A stretch of DNA of 54,497 nt, filler included, from Catajapyx aquilonaris (taxonomy: Eukaryota): NCBI GenBank assembly GCA_000934665.2. It is 2 parts of 2 records of this genome, joined end to end, with 100 filler letters (N's around TTAATTAATTAA, not from the genome) between each part and the next. Parts side by side here need not be neighbours in the genome. Positions count along the whole stretch, not along the records: positions 27,285 to 54,497 come from JYFJ02005093.1; 1 more part is not named here. One strand, 5' to 3'. Numbering within the stretch: position 1 is the stretch's first letter; each line of letters opens with the position of its first letter. Below are positions 37,290-49,762 of this stretch, in pieces. The translations under genes were made by a program, and so were the position numbers. The notes under the pieces are model-generated. The model saw nothing but the letters and a program-made list of their open reading frames with translations. It had not been told where the DNA came from and searched no databases.

Positions 37290-37620
37290 GAATTATGGAA
37301 TGTTTATTACAGGTCCCATCAATAATATTTAGGGTAACAAGATACATTTCCGTACACTTTTTGTAATCTTGACAGTAGTAAGTTCCCTTGACAAGCTGCT
37401 TACAACAGAAATTCCTAACTCTGATGAGTTACATGGGTACATGAAATATTTACTGTACTCCTGAAATCTTTTCCCAGCTACAAATATGCTACAAATATAT
37501 CTCCATCCATTTGAAGAAAATTTTCAGCACATATAACTACCTTCGATGGCAACAGAATGACTCGATCTGCGTGAAACTTTGGAATTAAAAGCGTCTTCGA
37601 TTACTTTCTGCTTCAGAGAA
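37290..37620 (-). mobile_element. EnSpm/CACTA transposase C-terminal fragment
   Basis: GKRFQEYSKYFMYPCNSSELGISVVSSLS...VRKCILLP. Confidence 0.55.
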
Positions 37621-37637
37621 AAATAGTCGACGCTACA

Positions 37638-38100
37638 CTACACTGAATACATTAGGATGTGTACTGCTACTTCTGTTTTTGCCTGTACAACCTTTGGTTT
37701 TGCGACCGTGTCATCGTACACCTCCCAACTCAGGTCTGGCCTTCGGCAATACGCTACATAATGGCCCGCATCCGTGTCTCTCTCTGGTGCAGAGAAGTGC
37801 ACTACGCCACGCAGATGGTACGACTTTCCGGAGATCTCCATCAAGGTAGGGGTATCTTGCAGACAGAACGTGAGACATTGCTTAACGATGTAAGCGCTGT
37901 TGACGTTGTGCTGCCTCTCAGAGTTGTCCCGCACACGACGAGCGGTTGTGGTATAGTTCCTGGCACTTGTTGGCAGCATGGACACCATACCCGTGGTGGG
38001 GTTGCCAGCAGCTTGCTCATGGCATCTACCCCTACATAGATTACCATCTGCGTCAAAGTAATCAGCATATCCAAGTGGGCAATTGTAACGTGCTCGCCCA
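37638..38100 (-). mobile_element. Second copy of the NOF-like USP-type C-terminal fragment
   Basis: 37660-37929 is nearly identical to 32651-32923; GHYVAYCRR...WEVYDD. Confidence 0.6.
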
Positions 38101-38513
38101 ACGCGACTTTAAAGTATTACCGTCACATCTTTCGGCACTTTTTTCTTGACCCCTTGTTGCAGCTGCTGCTGCTTCCTTCGGTCGTCTTCAAGGAAATCAA
38201 TATGCGCTTTCATGCCACTGATCGTAGCATTCAACGCCTCCTTCGTTGGAGAAGGTGGTTCGAAGGGTCTTGTCCCTGAAATGGGTGTGGTTTAATAAAG
38301 GTGTTCCTCCAAGTGTTCCTCCGTGCGGAAATATTAATATAGTTATATCTATATTTATTAAATCAATATGTTTAGATTTATTTGGTAGAGTGCACATGTG
38401 ATAGCACAGATAGATTTCTCGATTGCATTGTCTTAACTGCATAAAATAACAAAAGTAAGCTTGGATTTTGTCTCAATATCATAGTTGCGGTGTACGAAAC
38501 CAGCCATTTCATT

Positions 38514-38996
38514 TTATTTGGTATTAATCTTGCGGTGAGTGACCTTGTGCAATAGACTTTTCACGTTGACAATTTCGCGACCTATCATTTCATGAACTAC
38601 AAAAGGCTTCTTAAGCTTTGCCTCTCTGACCTCATAGGCCCAGTGACCAGGAAGGTAAACACCTCGACTTGGCTTTGCCTTTTCAAGCAGTCCGAAATCT
38701 TTATCAGCATCAATGTAGAAGTGTCCGCTCAAGAAAAATTTGTGGGTTATCTTTTCGAAGGAATCGCAAGGTGTTGAGGTAGTCCGAGTCGAAAGTATCC
38801 TCTGCATGTTGTGGCAACGACAAATCAAGGCGGATGGTCCATTTTCGCAATGAAAATAGTGCTTGGTTAATGGAGAAAATGCATGCGAATTTTGACTTTG
38901 TACATCTGGGAAGGCGCATAGTCCGGATACGCGCAATATTGTCGCTTGGTCCGACTCTGCACCGTAATGACTCAAGCACGTCGACTTAGTCCGCAC
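38514..38996 (-). mobile_element. Sola1-like transposase fragment, uninterrupted copy
   Basis: ITHKFFLSGHFYIDADKDFGLLEKAK...VYLPGHWAYEVREAKLKKPFVVHEM. Confidence 0.7.
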
Positions 38997-39769
38997 TTGG
39001 TGTGGTACACATCTGCTGTCCCCGAACCCGATGGCGCCGACATCGCCATCTTCCTTTTCTCTTGGGTGTACCCGTCCGGGAGAGTTTTGAATCTTGCGTT
39101 TACGTCCGCCACTAGATTTTAGAAGAAGAAGGAAAAAAAAAAAACAACAGCATGATTAGGAATACATGACACTTTGCCATCAGTAAATACCCGTATCTGT
39201 ACTAACTTGTATGTTATCAATAACTGTATGAAATTTCCTTTTTGGTTACAATCCAGTAAAATCAATGATTATCTGATTATCATAACATTCTGATACATAA
39301 TAATCTTTGAAAATGAGATATCTGTATGGAACTATTCAGATCATAACTCAAGTTCAACCTAACCCTTGATTTCAGTATGAGGGCTAACAATGCGCGACTG
39401 AATTTTTGGATAATCACACTCCGGCGTGGAATTACCCTGCACAACACTACTGGTTTGGTTGCTTCCATGGGGTCGCTTCTGCATTTACTTTCTTGCTTAC
39501 CTAAGCTACGAGTATGTTAGCCACTATGATTTATATGCTGTACAACATGCCGAATGCTGCCAAAATGGCATGGGCTGATTTCATGACACGTTATACCTTT
39601 AATAATAATTCATGACAATAGAGTTCACCCCGTTCTACGGTATGCAAAATTTATTTATGATCACCTTTGTATCTCGGTGGAAGCAGGAGATTTTTTTTTT
39701 TTAACTCAAGCAAGTTGAGAGGTGGGGTGCATTTCAGGTACTGGTAACAATAATAAATACCTACCACTT

Positions 39770-39955
39770 ATTGTGTGCTTTTTCCTGGCAATATCTGCCC
39801 ACAGTGCATTGACCAGGTTTTTTTTCTTGTGATCCTTGTTTCTCGGATTCCAAATAGCCTCCGCCTCCGACACGTATTTGGCCAGCACCTCTGAGTCCTC
39901 TGCGTATTCGCTCTTCCTGTCTCTCCCACGTGTAGGTGCAATCTTCGGGCCCATT
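39770..39955 (-). mobile_element. MADF-domain (Harbinger-associated) exon fragment
   Basis: YVSEAEAIWNPRNKDHKKKNLVNALWADIA, followed by a GT donor. Confidence 0.65.
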
Positions 39956-40339
39956 TTGGCACGGAGAGGGAAGGGAATGGGAAGGGGCGAAGTCGGACAG
40001 GAAGGGGATAGGAAGAGGAACACACACAAGGAGGAGGAATAGGAAAGAAAGATGGCGGATGCCGGAGGCGGAGAGAAGTAGGGTGGGAGGGAGGTGAGAT
40101 GAGGAGCCACGTGACTTCCTCCGATTGGCTCAACGCGACGGCATGCAGTCCGACTTCAAAATTTTTTGAAGCCGGCAGCTCGCTCTTCCGACGGCCAAAC
40201 GCGGCTGTGTGCTGCGAGTTGCAAGGGGTTGCACACTTCCCTAAAAAGTGTACACGGAGTTTGGAGTTCCATGAGTTTGCAGGAGTTTGAGGAGTTTCGT
40301 GGGAGTCTGAGGAGTCTCAAGAGAGTTTAGGGAGTTTCG

Positions 40340-40740
40340 AGCCTTGCCTTGCTACCTCGATGATAAACCGCTTGCACCGTTCCTTTACTTCACTCACAAT
40401 GTCAGGCGAGATATTTTTGTCTTTCACGCATACCTCAAACTCATACCCAAAGTTCATCCCCCTTGTGTGCATAACAAAATTATCGAACTTGAATTCAATA
40501 TACTTCTCTCGCGGTACCTTAGCAAGTTGAGCTGGAACCACAAATGATTGCAGCAGCTCTGCGTAATATACAAGTAACTCCTCAGCTAACGTGGTCTGGT
40601 CAACAACTTCTGCCTGGAAGAGTCTGTTGACTCTAGAAAGTTCCCTCATTGCCGCCTTCAAATAGAGGAAGTACAGCAGATTTGCCTTATCTGCATACAT
40701 TTCATGCAACTGAACAGCTGTGGAGCACCTGGCCTGGCTC
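40340..40740 (-). mobile_element. hAT transposase fragment
   Basis: LYFLYLKAAMRELSRVNRLFQAE...NFGYEFE...VKERCKRFIIE. Confidence 0.65.
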
Positions 40741-41109
40741 CTTGCTGTGATATCCATTTGCTCAGAAGGTCAAAAATTTTGTTTATTTGTAACTTTCTTT
40801 GGGCGTCATCTTACAATAATTGTGGTTTGCTTGCAGGTGATTTGGGTGGTGGTCTTTTCCGAGCATCCTTTAGCTTTGGTTCTGTTGGCTTGGACATGCT
40901 AGTATCCATTTGGGTGACATTGTTGTGTGACGTACTTCCTAGGGCGTTTCTAGCTTTCAGTTTTTCAGCAACAAGAAGCATCATTTTCTTGTGGCCAGGT
41001 GGAAATTTCAATTGTGCATTGTCAGTAACACCCCGAAAGTATTTCTCCTTTTCATCATCAGGTATGAGAGAGCGAAAATTTGGCTGGCAAAACTCGTGGC
41101 AAATTGCAA

Positions 41110-41865
41110 AGCTATATCTACATTTGGAAAAGTGTCTCGCAGCTCTTGTTCACGCACGACTTTGAGTAAATTACTCGGATGAACGTCTTTGAAACCTTCC
41201 ACGTATGATGCAAAATGAACAACTTCATTGGGAAAGGTGTCATTCAGGTCATTTGGATAGCTACATTGAAGCTCTTTTGCGCACTTTGTTAACTCGCTGG
41301 CAGACATTTCTGCCAATGCAAACAGGAATCCGAACTTTTTGGACATATCAGCATATGCATCACGCCTTTTCTTCAACTCAGACAGCAATAAATCTAATAT
41401 GACGTAGTAAACGGTAGTGCGAAATTTGTCACTCGCCGACTGCAATGTTTCCACTCCACTCTCTCGAGGTTCATCAAAAAACTTTGCATGACGACGATAA
41501 TCCTCTGTTCTTCATTTGAATATTTATCGGTTGACACCAAACTCTTTCCAGTGCTCTCGTAATCTGCTAACATGGCAGGATCACGTAGCTGATCTAGATA
41601 CCCTAACAATGAATCGTAAAGACGTACTGCGGTGATAATGTCCATTGTGGAGGATTGTAACTTTTTGCTGGTCACGTTAAAACGCTCTAAAATCGCAGTC
41701 CAGATAACTGTCAACATACCCATTTCCAACTTATCCATTTGCAATGCGTAGGAACCTGCCTCCGAACGAGTAGCTAATTGTTGTTTTCCATCCGCTTCGA
41801 TGGAAAGGAGTGCAGATTTAATGTGCTTATAACGTTTAAAAAACGCCTTACATGCATCTGCACGA
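41110..41865 (-). mobile_element. hAT (Tip100/ZMYM1-like) transposase fragment
   Basis: RADACKAF...IWTAILERFNVTSKKLQS...KFRTTVYYVILDLLLSELKKR...FPNVDIAL. Confidence 0.75.
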
Positions 41866-42679
41866 GTCTATATTGACTGTAGCTAGCGGCAGAGCCATCT
41901 AGCGACGTAGAATGTCACTTGATAATTTGAGTGACGAAGTAGAGTCAGTAACCGGACGTACCAATTCACCTTTAAAGAAATATCTCCTTCCTTTGCACGG
42001 GCAATCCACCTTGCCCGGCTTTTTCATTTATTTTATTTATTTACTTTTTACGTCCGCGTCGTTGGGCCCTATTTTCCGTTGGGCCCTGTGCGGCCGCACA
42101 CTCCGCACATGCGTAAATCCGCCACTGATGGCACGCCACCACTATAATTACTGGCAGAATCCCTGGTTGTCCTGGTGGTTGTCCATTACTGAGGCTGCTG
42201 GAGACGGGGGCAGAGGTCGGGCCAGAGGCGAGACTGATCCTAACTAGTCTTTTTCGCCTCCTTATATAGGATCTTTAAGATTGTGGGGGAGGAGGATGGG
42301 GAGAGTCGTTCGGGATAATGCCAAAAAATCCACCATCTGCTTTAGAAATCTCCAGGACCACCCCCCCCCCCCCCCCCTACATAAANNTGAAAATAGCCAA
42401 TGAAGGAGTTTTTTTCTTCTTCCTTTTGCTTTTCCTTGGTCAACCCGGTTGGAGGAGAGGGGTGGGGGCGAAGGGGATTTCGAAGACCCCTCTTTTGGTC
42501 CAACTCCTCCAGAAAGAAACGTCTTCTTGGGCATTCGAAATCCCCCCCATTCATTATTATGAGTATTCAAAACGAAGAGATCTTTTGACAGATGGCGTTT
42601 CTTGGGTTTTCCACTGGGGATGGAGGTGACATCTGCGTATGGGAGAAGTTAGGAGAGGGAAAGAAAGGTTGACGTTGGG

Positions 42680-43709
42680 GAGGTGGTGGATATTGAAATT
42701 GGCGTATGGCCTGCATGATGGCCATTTTGCAATCAATTTTTGCATGACTCTCCACTTTCTTAATTTCTTGAAGCGGTAAGGACAGAAAGGCCATGTCCCC
42801 GTCTGCATCCTCCACTTCCTCCTCCCGATTCTTGACCAGAAGATCCAGCAGCTGGTTCTGGAAAGGGCTCATGCGCTGCCCTTTTTTTTTTGCTTCCCCC
42901 TTTGGGACGTTGACACCCCGGCAATCCCGGCATCCTGACCCTCCGAGGAAGAGTTGGCCTCGTCGTCGCCTTCCGCCGAAAAGTTGCTGTCAGTCGTGTT
43001 GTGGGAAGTTGTGGGCTCCAGGAATGACAGCTCCTTTTAATGCCACGACATCATGTATTGTGCAAAAGCTACCAGATGCTGAAATGTATTTGCTACATGA
43101 CACAGTTTTTGGTTTGAAATATACATATAATATATAATGCATTAATCACTTACCGCGTTCAATTCTTTCCTGCGCGCTTGCAGTCTCCCAGTCACTGAAG
43201 ATGGCACCTGCAACCTCTTCCCAGGCCTGCCTGCCTCCTCAGGTCCCTGTCGCTGTACTGCTTCTCGTCCATCTTCCACAAACATGGACGATCCTGGATC
43301 TCAATAATGAGCCTCTCCATGTCGAACATGCTTGTCAGAATGTGCCCAGGGCGAGAAGAAGGGTGCACCTGACCCGCTTTCTCCGTCGGGATGTGGCCTT
43401 GCCCCGCCGGAATCTATACATTGCAGTGGGATTATTGCTCCCGACGGAAAACGGAACGGATGTCTTCTGCTGGGTCTTCCGCTGGTGCTCAACGGAACGA
43501 CAGAAAAACCGTCGTGTGTGTCTCATCCCGACGGAAAACGGAACGGATGTCTTCTGCTGGGTCTTCCGCTGGTGCTCAACGGAACGACAGAAAAACCGTC
43601 GTGTGTGTCTCATCCCGACGGAATCCCGTTTACTTCCATGTGTTTGAAATTTTTGAGCGGACCGCACCGGAAATTCCGTTGCGGAGATTCCGTCTAGTGT
43701 GGCCAGGCC
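42680..43709 (-). mobile_element. Harbinger-like end with MADF and BESS exon remnants
   Basis: Terminus GGCCTGGCCACACTA at 43709; ~87-bp direct duplication (43440-43620); MADF LIIEIQDRPCLWKMDEKQYSDR (43335-43150); BESS DGDMAFLSLPLQEIKKV...KMAIMQAI (42880-42680). Confidence 0.6.
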
Positions 43710-43719
43710 ACTGCTATTG

Positions 43720-44540
43720 TCAAGGTAGGCTCCTGCACCGGATTGCGCCCTCTCATGTAATGCCAGGGCAGAGTCAGGGCACTCACTGATGATAATCCTA
43801 CGAAACTCTTCGGCTTCTTCCTCTGGCAGGTGGTCGCTGAACTTTTCTGTCACATGGCAGAGATCCGTTACTTTTGTGGCCTTGTAATCCTCACTGCTGA
43901 CAGATTTCAACTGTCTCCACTGGTTTTCCAAATCTGTGCAGCTGAAATCCTCCAAGCTGTCCATGTTGGTCCTGCGTGTAGTAAAAAGAAATTTGTTTTC
44001 ATTGTACTGACAACCAATGCCATACACCACGTGACCATGCGATACACACCTACCATCTCACCCAAACATTAATGTTTAATATCTCCTGTCGCACTAATCT
44101 GCAGGTAAAGATTCTCTTCAAAAGAATAAATTGTCAAAGAACTCTACAAGTGGTTACAGCTTTACTTTAGTCTACTAATGCTATCTTTGGGGGTGTGATG
44201 GGTGGGGATTGTGGTCGTAAAACCCATACCCTAAAACATGTTGCATCACTGTTCAGGTAAATGAGCAGTCCCACTGCATGCTTGCACATAGCAGAATTCC
44301 CAGCCTTACAGGTGCAATGTAATTTGGGTACAAGCTGGCCAGTGGACTTGTCTTTGCCGAGTACCGCCTTCACTTGATGGGGCTTGCCATTTACTGCGGT
44401 TGTTTGCAGGCCCAAGGCTACTATTTCACATTTCACCTTGCTTCTTTCGAGGACACCGCAACAAATAAAAAATTTCGCGTCGACCAGTGCTTCTCCCTCC
44501 TGCAAGCACCGTTGCTTCTCGCCAACATACTGCATGATAT
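43720..44540 (-). mobile_element. SWIM zinc-finger accessory-gene fragment (ISL2EU/Kolobok-type), two exon remnants
   Basis: LQEGEALVDA...LHCTCKAGNSAMCKHAVGLLIYLN, then DFSCTDLENQWRQLK. Confidence 0.65.
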
Positions 44541-45239
44541 TAGAGATGCTGATACTTATCAAGGAAACACACACACAAAGCCTTGTTCACTACTTACGTT
44601 TTATTCAGTCTTTTCCCAGGGAATACACACACGTCTTACTCAATGGCAGGCCCACTCCCTTCTGTGCCTCTANTCTCTCCCCCCGGCCAGTGGGACCGGA
44701 CCAACCGCCCCACCCCCGGCAGGGGAGCCAACAGTGCACATTCCATGTTACAATGCCCCCATCACCAACTGGCGACCAGATTCTTTGTGTGCTGCCAACA
44801 TCAGAATTCCTCCATGTTGACATGCAGTCAGTTGTTGTCTCTCTGAGACGGCAATGAGGTGCTTGTCAATAAATTAGTGGGACGGGTCCAGTTTGCTGTG
44901 GACTATGTAAATGACCCTACTCTTAAAATGAATCACGTGATAGCCTACTCACATAGGGATTTATCCCTTCACTCTGGGCGTGCTTTTTGGAACCGCCACC
45001 CCACACCATCTGCAGACGTTTCACCCCGGACTGAGACCTCCTGCTCCTCCTGAGGCCTTGTCGTGGTGGTCAACTGGCGACCAGGGGGAGCCGCCTTCCC
45101 CAAACCACATACAGAGCAGGAAAAAAACGAAGACAAGGTAAAAAACAGTGCGGGGAAAAAAGATCTCCCACTCGCCAAAAGAGTTCAATCCACCATTACA
45201 GAGTTCAGTCACTAAAGAGTTCGGCTACGGGAAATCCAA

Positions 45240-46075
45240 CAGTGCACATCCCATGTTACAAGATTCAGGACCCCGTCCTCTCTGGTGGACTCCGCGATCC
45301 CCCGCGCCGTTAGTGGATGTCCTGAGTCAGTCTCCAGTAGCAACACCGTGGCCGGCCCTTCCGTGCTCATCTCTGGATGGGGAAGAGGAAGGCGGCTCAG
45401 CGCGTCGGCATTGCCCACTTGCTTCCCAGGCCTGTACGCTAGGGCATACGCATATCCTGCCAGTTTTGTGCGGTACTTTATCACCCGCGGCGACACCGTT
45501 ATGGGAATGGGTTTCTCCGGATTCAGTAGGCTCAGCAACGGCTTGTGGTCTGTGAATATTTGCACCCTCCTGCCATATATGTATTGGTGGAATTTGGTTA
45601 CGCCAAACATAACCGCCAACGCCTCCTTGTCTAACTGGATGTAGTTCCTTTCCGCAGTTGACAAGGTGCGAGATGCGAAATACACAGGGGCCTCTCTCCC
45701 TTGCTTGTCCAGCACCGCTCCCACGCCATATTGGCTCGCGTCACATACTAACCGCAGCTCCTGCTCTCCGTCGTAGTGTGCGAGTACCGCCGTTGACGTT
45801 ACCAGCTGCTTAGCCGCCTCATATGCCCTTTGTTGCTCTCGATTCCACTCCCACTTGGCTTGTGCGTCCAGCAGCCTGTGCAAGGGCTCCAATGTCGTGG
45901 CCTTATTGGCCATGAAACAGCTGTAAAAATTCATTTGCCCCAGCCACGCCTGCAGCTGTTGCTTATTCTGGGGCTCTGGGGCCTCCGTGATTGCTCGTAC
46001 TTTCTCCGCCACTGGGTGGACCCCCCTTGCATCTATCTCAAATCCCAGGAACTGCACTTTTTCCACTCCAAAGAC
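45240..46075 (-). mobile_element. Ty3/Gypsy Pol fragment (RT C-terminus, RNase H)
   Basis: VQFLGFEID, LVCDASQYGVGAVL, FASRTLSTAERNY, FTDHKPLL, YRPGKQVGNADALSRLP. Confidence 0.95.
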
Positions 46076-47119
46076 GCACTTCTCTCTCTTGCTTCGACGC
46101 CCCCCTCTACCACGGGAGGCCACAGCAGCAGCCTGCGCCGCTCCGCCCGCAAGTCCTTGCCTTCAAAATCAACCTCGTCGCCACTGTTATGTCTGCCAGA
46201 ATCACCTCTCCAGTTCAGCTCGTAAGCTACAATGCTTTATTATCCTGTCACCCATACAACACTCGAGACTGCCTCCAGAGGTCTCCCCCCCCCCCACCTC
46301 CCTACTACTACTGACCTCTGGCGAGTCCTCGTACATCACACCAGTCACGCTTGTGAAGTTCATTATTATGAGTATTCAAAACGAAGAGATCTTTTGACAG
46401 ATAGCGTTTCTTGGTTTTTCCACTGGGGGTTGGATACTCACGAAGCGATTCTGGAAATGTCTCAGAAATGTTCTGGTCGGGGAATTTAAGGCTTACTAAA
46501 TGTTCAAATAAAGGGATCCCAGTCTGCACTTCACTCTCCTGTAGATTTCCAGGATCCGCAAAATTCAGGTCAACTGTGCTCTGGTCCCATAGATCTTCTA
46601 ATGCACTTTCTTCTTGAATTCCTAATAGTCCTATCCACCAGTTCTACAATAAGCATGATCTGCAGAATACCCTGCGCAGACTGCAGCTGCGTGTCAAAGG
46701 GCGCCATCTTGCCAGAGTCTTGTTGGGAATCATGGAATGAATGGATAAGTGAGAGCACCATTGTTATCCAACAGTACAGTTCCTTCTTCAATTTCAGTTT
46801 CTGGTCTGTTTATGTCGGCCACTGTACTGGCTCCAGTTGCTCCACCACCAATGGTATCATCACTGGCTACACTAATGCTACACCTCCATTTCACAATTGA
46901 TTGACATTCCTCAGCCTCTGTTGGAGCTGTCTTGTCCAATGAAACTTCTCGTTGCATGAATATACTAATGCATGAATTGCCCGCTCCTGGATAATGCTAC
47001 ACATTCATGGACTGTATTAAGCCATACATTCTCTGGCGTATTTACTGGCATGAAATGCTACTGGCTGGGTGCCCTGTGAAGGTTCACTCCAATCTGGGCA
47101 CAATATTACAAATTAGACT

Positions 47120-47680
47120 CACCTCCATGTTGGTCCTTGTTGCCCTCGGAGTCACCGCGTCTTTGAGGAAGTGGAGTTGCTGGTAGCACCACCACTCTTT
47201 CCCCTCCCCCCCTGCAGCCCCACTCTTCACTTTTTGCTTTCTTAGCGCTTCGCTGAACTGGCACCTCAAGTTCTGCAATTTCGTCTTGATTGCCTTCGGG
47301 ACAATTCCCGGCCGCACACTTTGCATCGCGGCTGCCATTTCTTCTAAAGCCTTCGCAGTCCAAGAAACCTCTTGGAGTATGAGGTTTTTTGGCCCTCAAG
47401 TAACTGTGTAGTGCACAGGCTGCCAGTGCGATTTTTGCAACTTTCTCAGCTGAGAAGCAGATAGGTCCCAGGAAAACTCTAAACCTGTTGGCGAGAATGC
47501 CAAACGTGCTCTCTACCATCCCCCTAGCCCTGCTCAGGCGGTAATTAAATATCACTTGCTCCTTAGTTAGACCACGATGCAGGTAGGGCTTGAGGATGTT
47601 GGTCTGTAATGGGACGGCATCGTCTGCAACAAATACATGTGGGACTGGGGTTGTACCCCCAGGCAGGGACATGTTTGCCG
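47120..47680 (-). mobile_element. PIF/Harbinger transposase fragment joined to a MADF fragment
   Basis: PHVFVADDAVPLQTNILKPY...FNYRLSRARGMVESTFGILANRFRVF (47680-47370); KLQNLRCQFSEALRKQKVKSGAAG...WWCYQQLHFLKD (47345-47120). Confidence 0.85.
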
Positions 47681-47689
47681 TTACTAGAT

Positions 47690-48025
47690 CTTGATAGAAT
47701 GGGCAGCAGACCGTAATCAAAGACAGCCTGCATCTGCTGTTCGTTTTCAACTCTGTTATTCGATATGGTCTGTAGAATATACTTTACATTGTCACTGTCA
47801 GCTTGAGAAAGAAGTGTTTTAAATTGGTGTAAAACCCCAGAATCGAACATAAGCTTATCGTAATTTCCTCCCACGAGGTAGGGCATTGTCTTCAGAACAC
47901 CGGTCACCACTGATGGCTCCCCATTCTGAACTAGCTGGACAAGACTCTTCGCTTGACCACCGCGTCGACATTATCCTGTATTCTATCCTCAGTAATCCAG
48001 AAGAAGGCCCCGCACGCATGAACTG
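47690..48025 (-). pseudogene. Divergent importin-alpha (ARM repeat) fragment, intronless
   Basis: HACGAFFWITEDRIQDNVDAVV...VVTGVLKTMPYLVGGN...GVLHQFKTLL...ILQTISNNRVENEQQMQAVFDYGLLPIL resembles the importin-alpha ARM motifs TISNITAGNxxQIQAVIDAGL. Confidence 0.65.
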
Positions 48026-48279
48026 AAGGCAAGAGAGTCATTAAGTTGTGTTGTTTTTGGCAGTATTCTTCAAAATAATATATCTTTATATCCCGCCCAC
48101 CTGACAGAACGGATGTTATGCAGGCGAACCTTGAAATCAGTTTTTCGTCAGCTCCTAAAGTTCAGGGTAAGATTCAATTGAAAAGATCTACGAATATTAA
48201 GGAAACTTTATCGGTAATTTCGTCTGAAACAGGCGGATTTTTAAAGAACCATCCAGCAATCGTAGGTTCAGTTTTCATC

Positions 48280-48470
48280 TGCGCAGTGTGCGTATCGTAC
48301 CACGTCTCGTTGAGGTACACTTGATTGTAGACCAAGGACCTCCACTACCTGATATCATGAAGATACCGAAGCCTACAGACGACAATGCGTAGGGACTCAA
48401 CTGCAGCTGACTCGTTTTGTAGTGGAATCCCATGCTGCCTGAGAGCTTCCATAATGTTGTCTGGAGGTAT
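48280..48470 (-). mobile_element. Tc1/mariner (Sailor/DD82E-like) transposase fragment
   Basis: TTLWKL...GFHYK, then ESLRIVVCRLRYLHDIR*WRSLVYNQVYLNETW (VYLDETW motif). Confidence 0.55.
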
Positions 48471-49321
48471 GGTAAGGTGTACTGCATGCCTCTGGAAATG
48501 GCGTTCGAGGGGAAATGTTGGGGGTTGAGGCTGATTTCCTTGACCATTTCACGTAAACAACCCAAATACCCCTAATTGTTGTTGCTTAGGCTCGCGCACA
48601 CTCCGCATCCGAAAGATCATCCCGGATGAAGAATTCTTCCATGTCATCTTCGTCAGATTCATCGCAGCTGGAGTCGCTTGCCAAGTTAATTTCTGGGATC
48701 TTCTGACCGCTCTGTTCTTGGGAGTATATTTCTATATATTGGAAAGCTCCGATTGGAGCGCCAAATGTGTACTTTTTTCGGCGTCGTATTGGCCTCTGCT
48801 GCTTTTGTGCCATAAATCATCAATATCAATCAATCAAATGAAGCTTGCCACGTTAATGACAAGGTCATCAAATATTTCCTCAAGCGGCTGCTCTTTCTCG
48901 TAATAATACTCGAATATCATCTTTGTATGATCCACTCACTTTTCTGAGTTTTAGATGTTATCGAATCTAGGGCTCTGTGCGTGATGTCTTATGTTTCCAG
49001 CAATCATCTGCTTCTCATTGTTCGCCGAAACAAACTGTTTCCGACCAAAGGGACACTTCCGGTGAGCAGCTGTCGTCGCAAGTCTAGTTGATGTAAAATA
49101 CGTGGTGTGGTAACAACAACAAAAAATACACATTTGTGGGATTTCTAAAACTTAACTAATAATTGGGACTGAACGGACAAGCAGTACGTTGCCAGCGTAA
49201 ATTATATTATAGGTCATTATATTATCTATAGGTAATTGATATATCAATGCCGATAAGTGACGCCCCCCATTCCCCCAATCACTTAATGACCTCAATCACA
49301 GACGGTCACACCAGCCTAAGA

Positions 49322-49762
49322 TTAATAATAAACACGCTGAAAGTTATTTACAGGTCGGCGGCAGATTGGACAGGTGTGGGGTTTTGGCAGACCCCACTGG
49401 TCCCCCATGTTACGCAAAGTTATATTACAAGTGTCACACATGCACAAATGCATGCATGGCATGTATATGTATGTCCTTGGTGCCATCATGCAGCAGACGC
49501 CGACCAGCACACCATTGCCTCCCCCCTGCTGGTCGTCGGCGTCGTTTGCAGCCTGCTGGATGTCGTCGTCGGCGTCGTTTGCTGCAGAGCCTGCAGCAAG
49601 AGCACCTGCAGCAGCAGCAGGCTGAACGATTGGCAGTTGATGAATATTATTCCCTCCACCTGGATGGATAACAGACAGGTGTGAAACAATCCTGCACATG
49701 CTAGTAGGTATAGTACACTCACTGTCAATGATTATATGCTTACTGTTAAATTGGCGATCCAC
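49322..49762 (-). pseudogene. C-terminal IAP-type C3HC4 RING fragment, probably transposon-borne
   Basis: VCCMMAPRTYIYMPCMHLCMCDTC...CPICRRPVNNFQRVYY*; the first Cys appears lost. Confidence 0.7.

Noticed and set aside
47106..47910. Importin-Harbinger-MADF fusion gene
   Set aside because: The three pieces are in different frames and truncated; adjacent fragments, not a gene.
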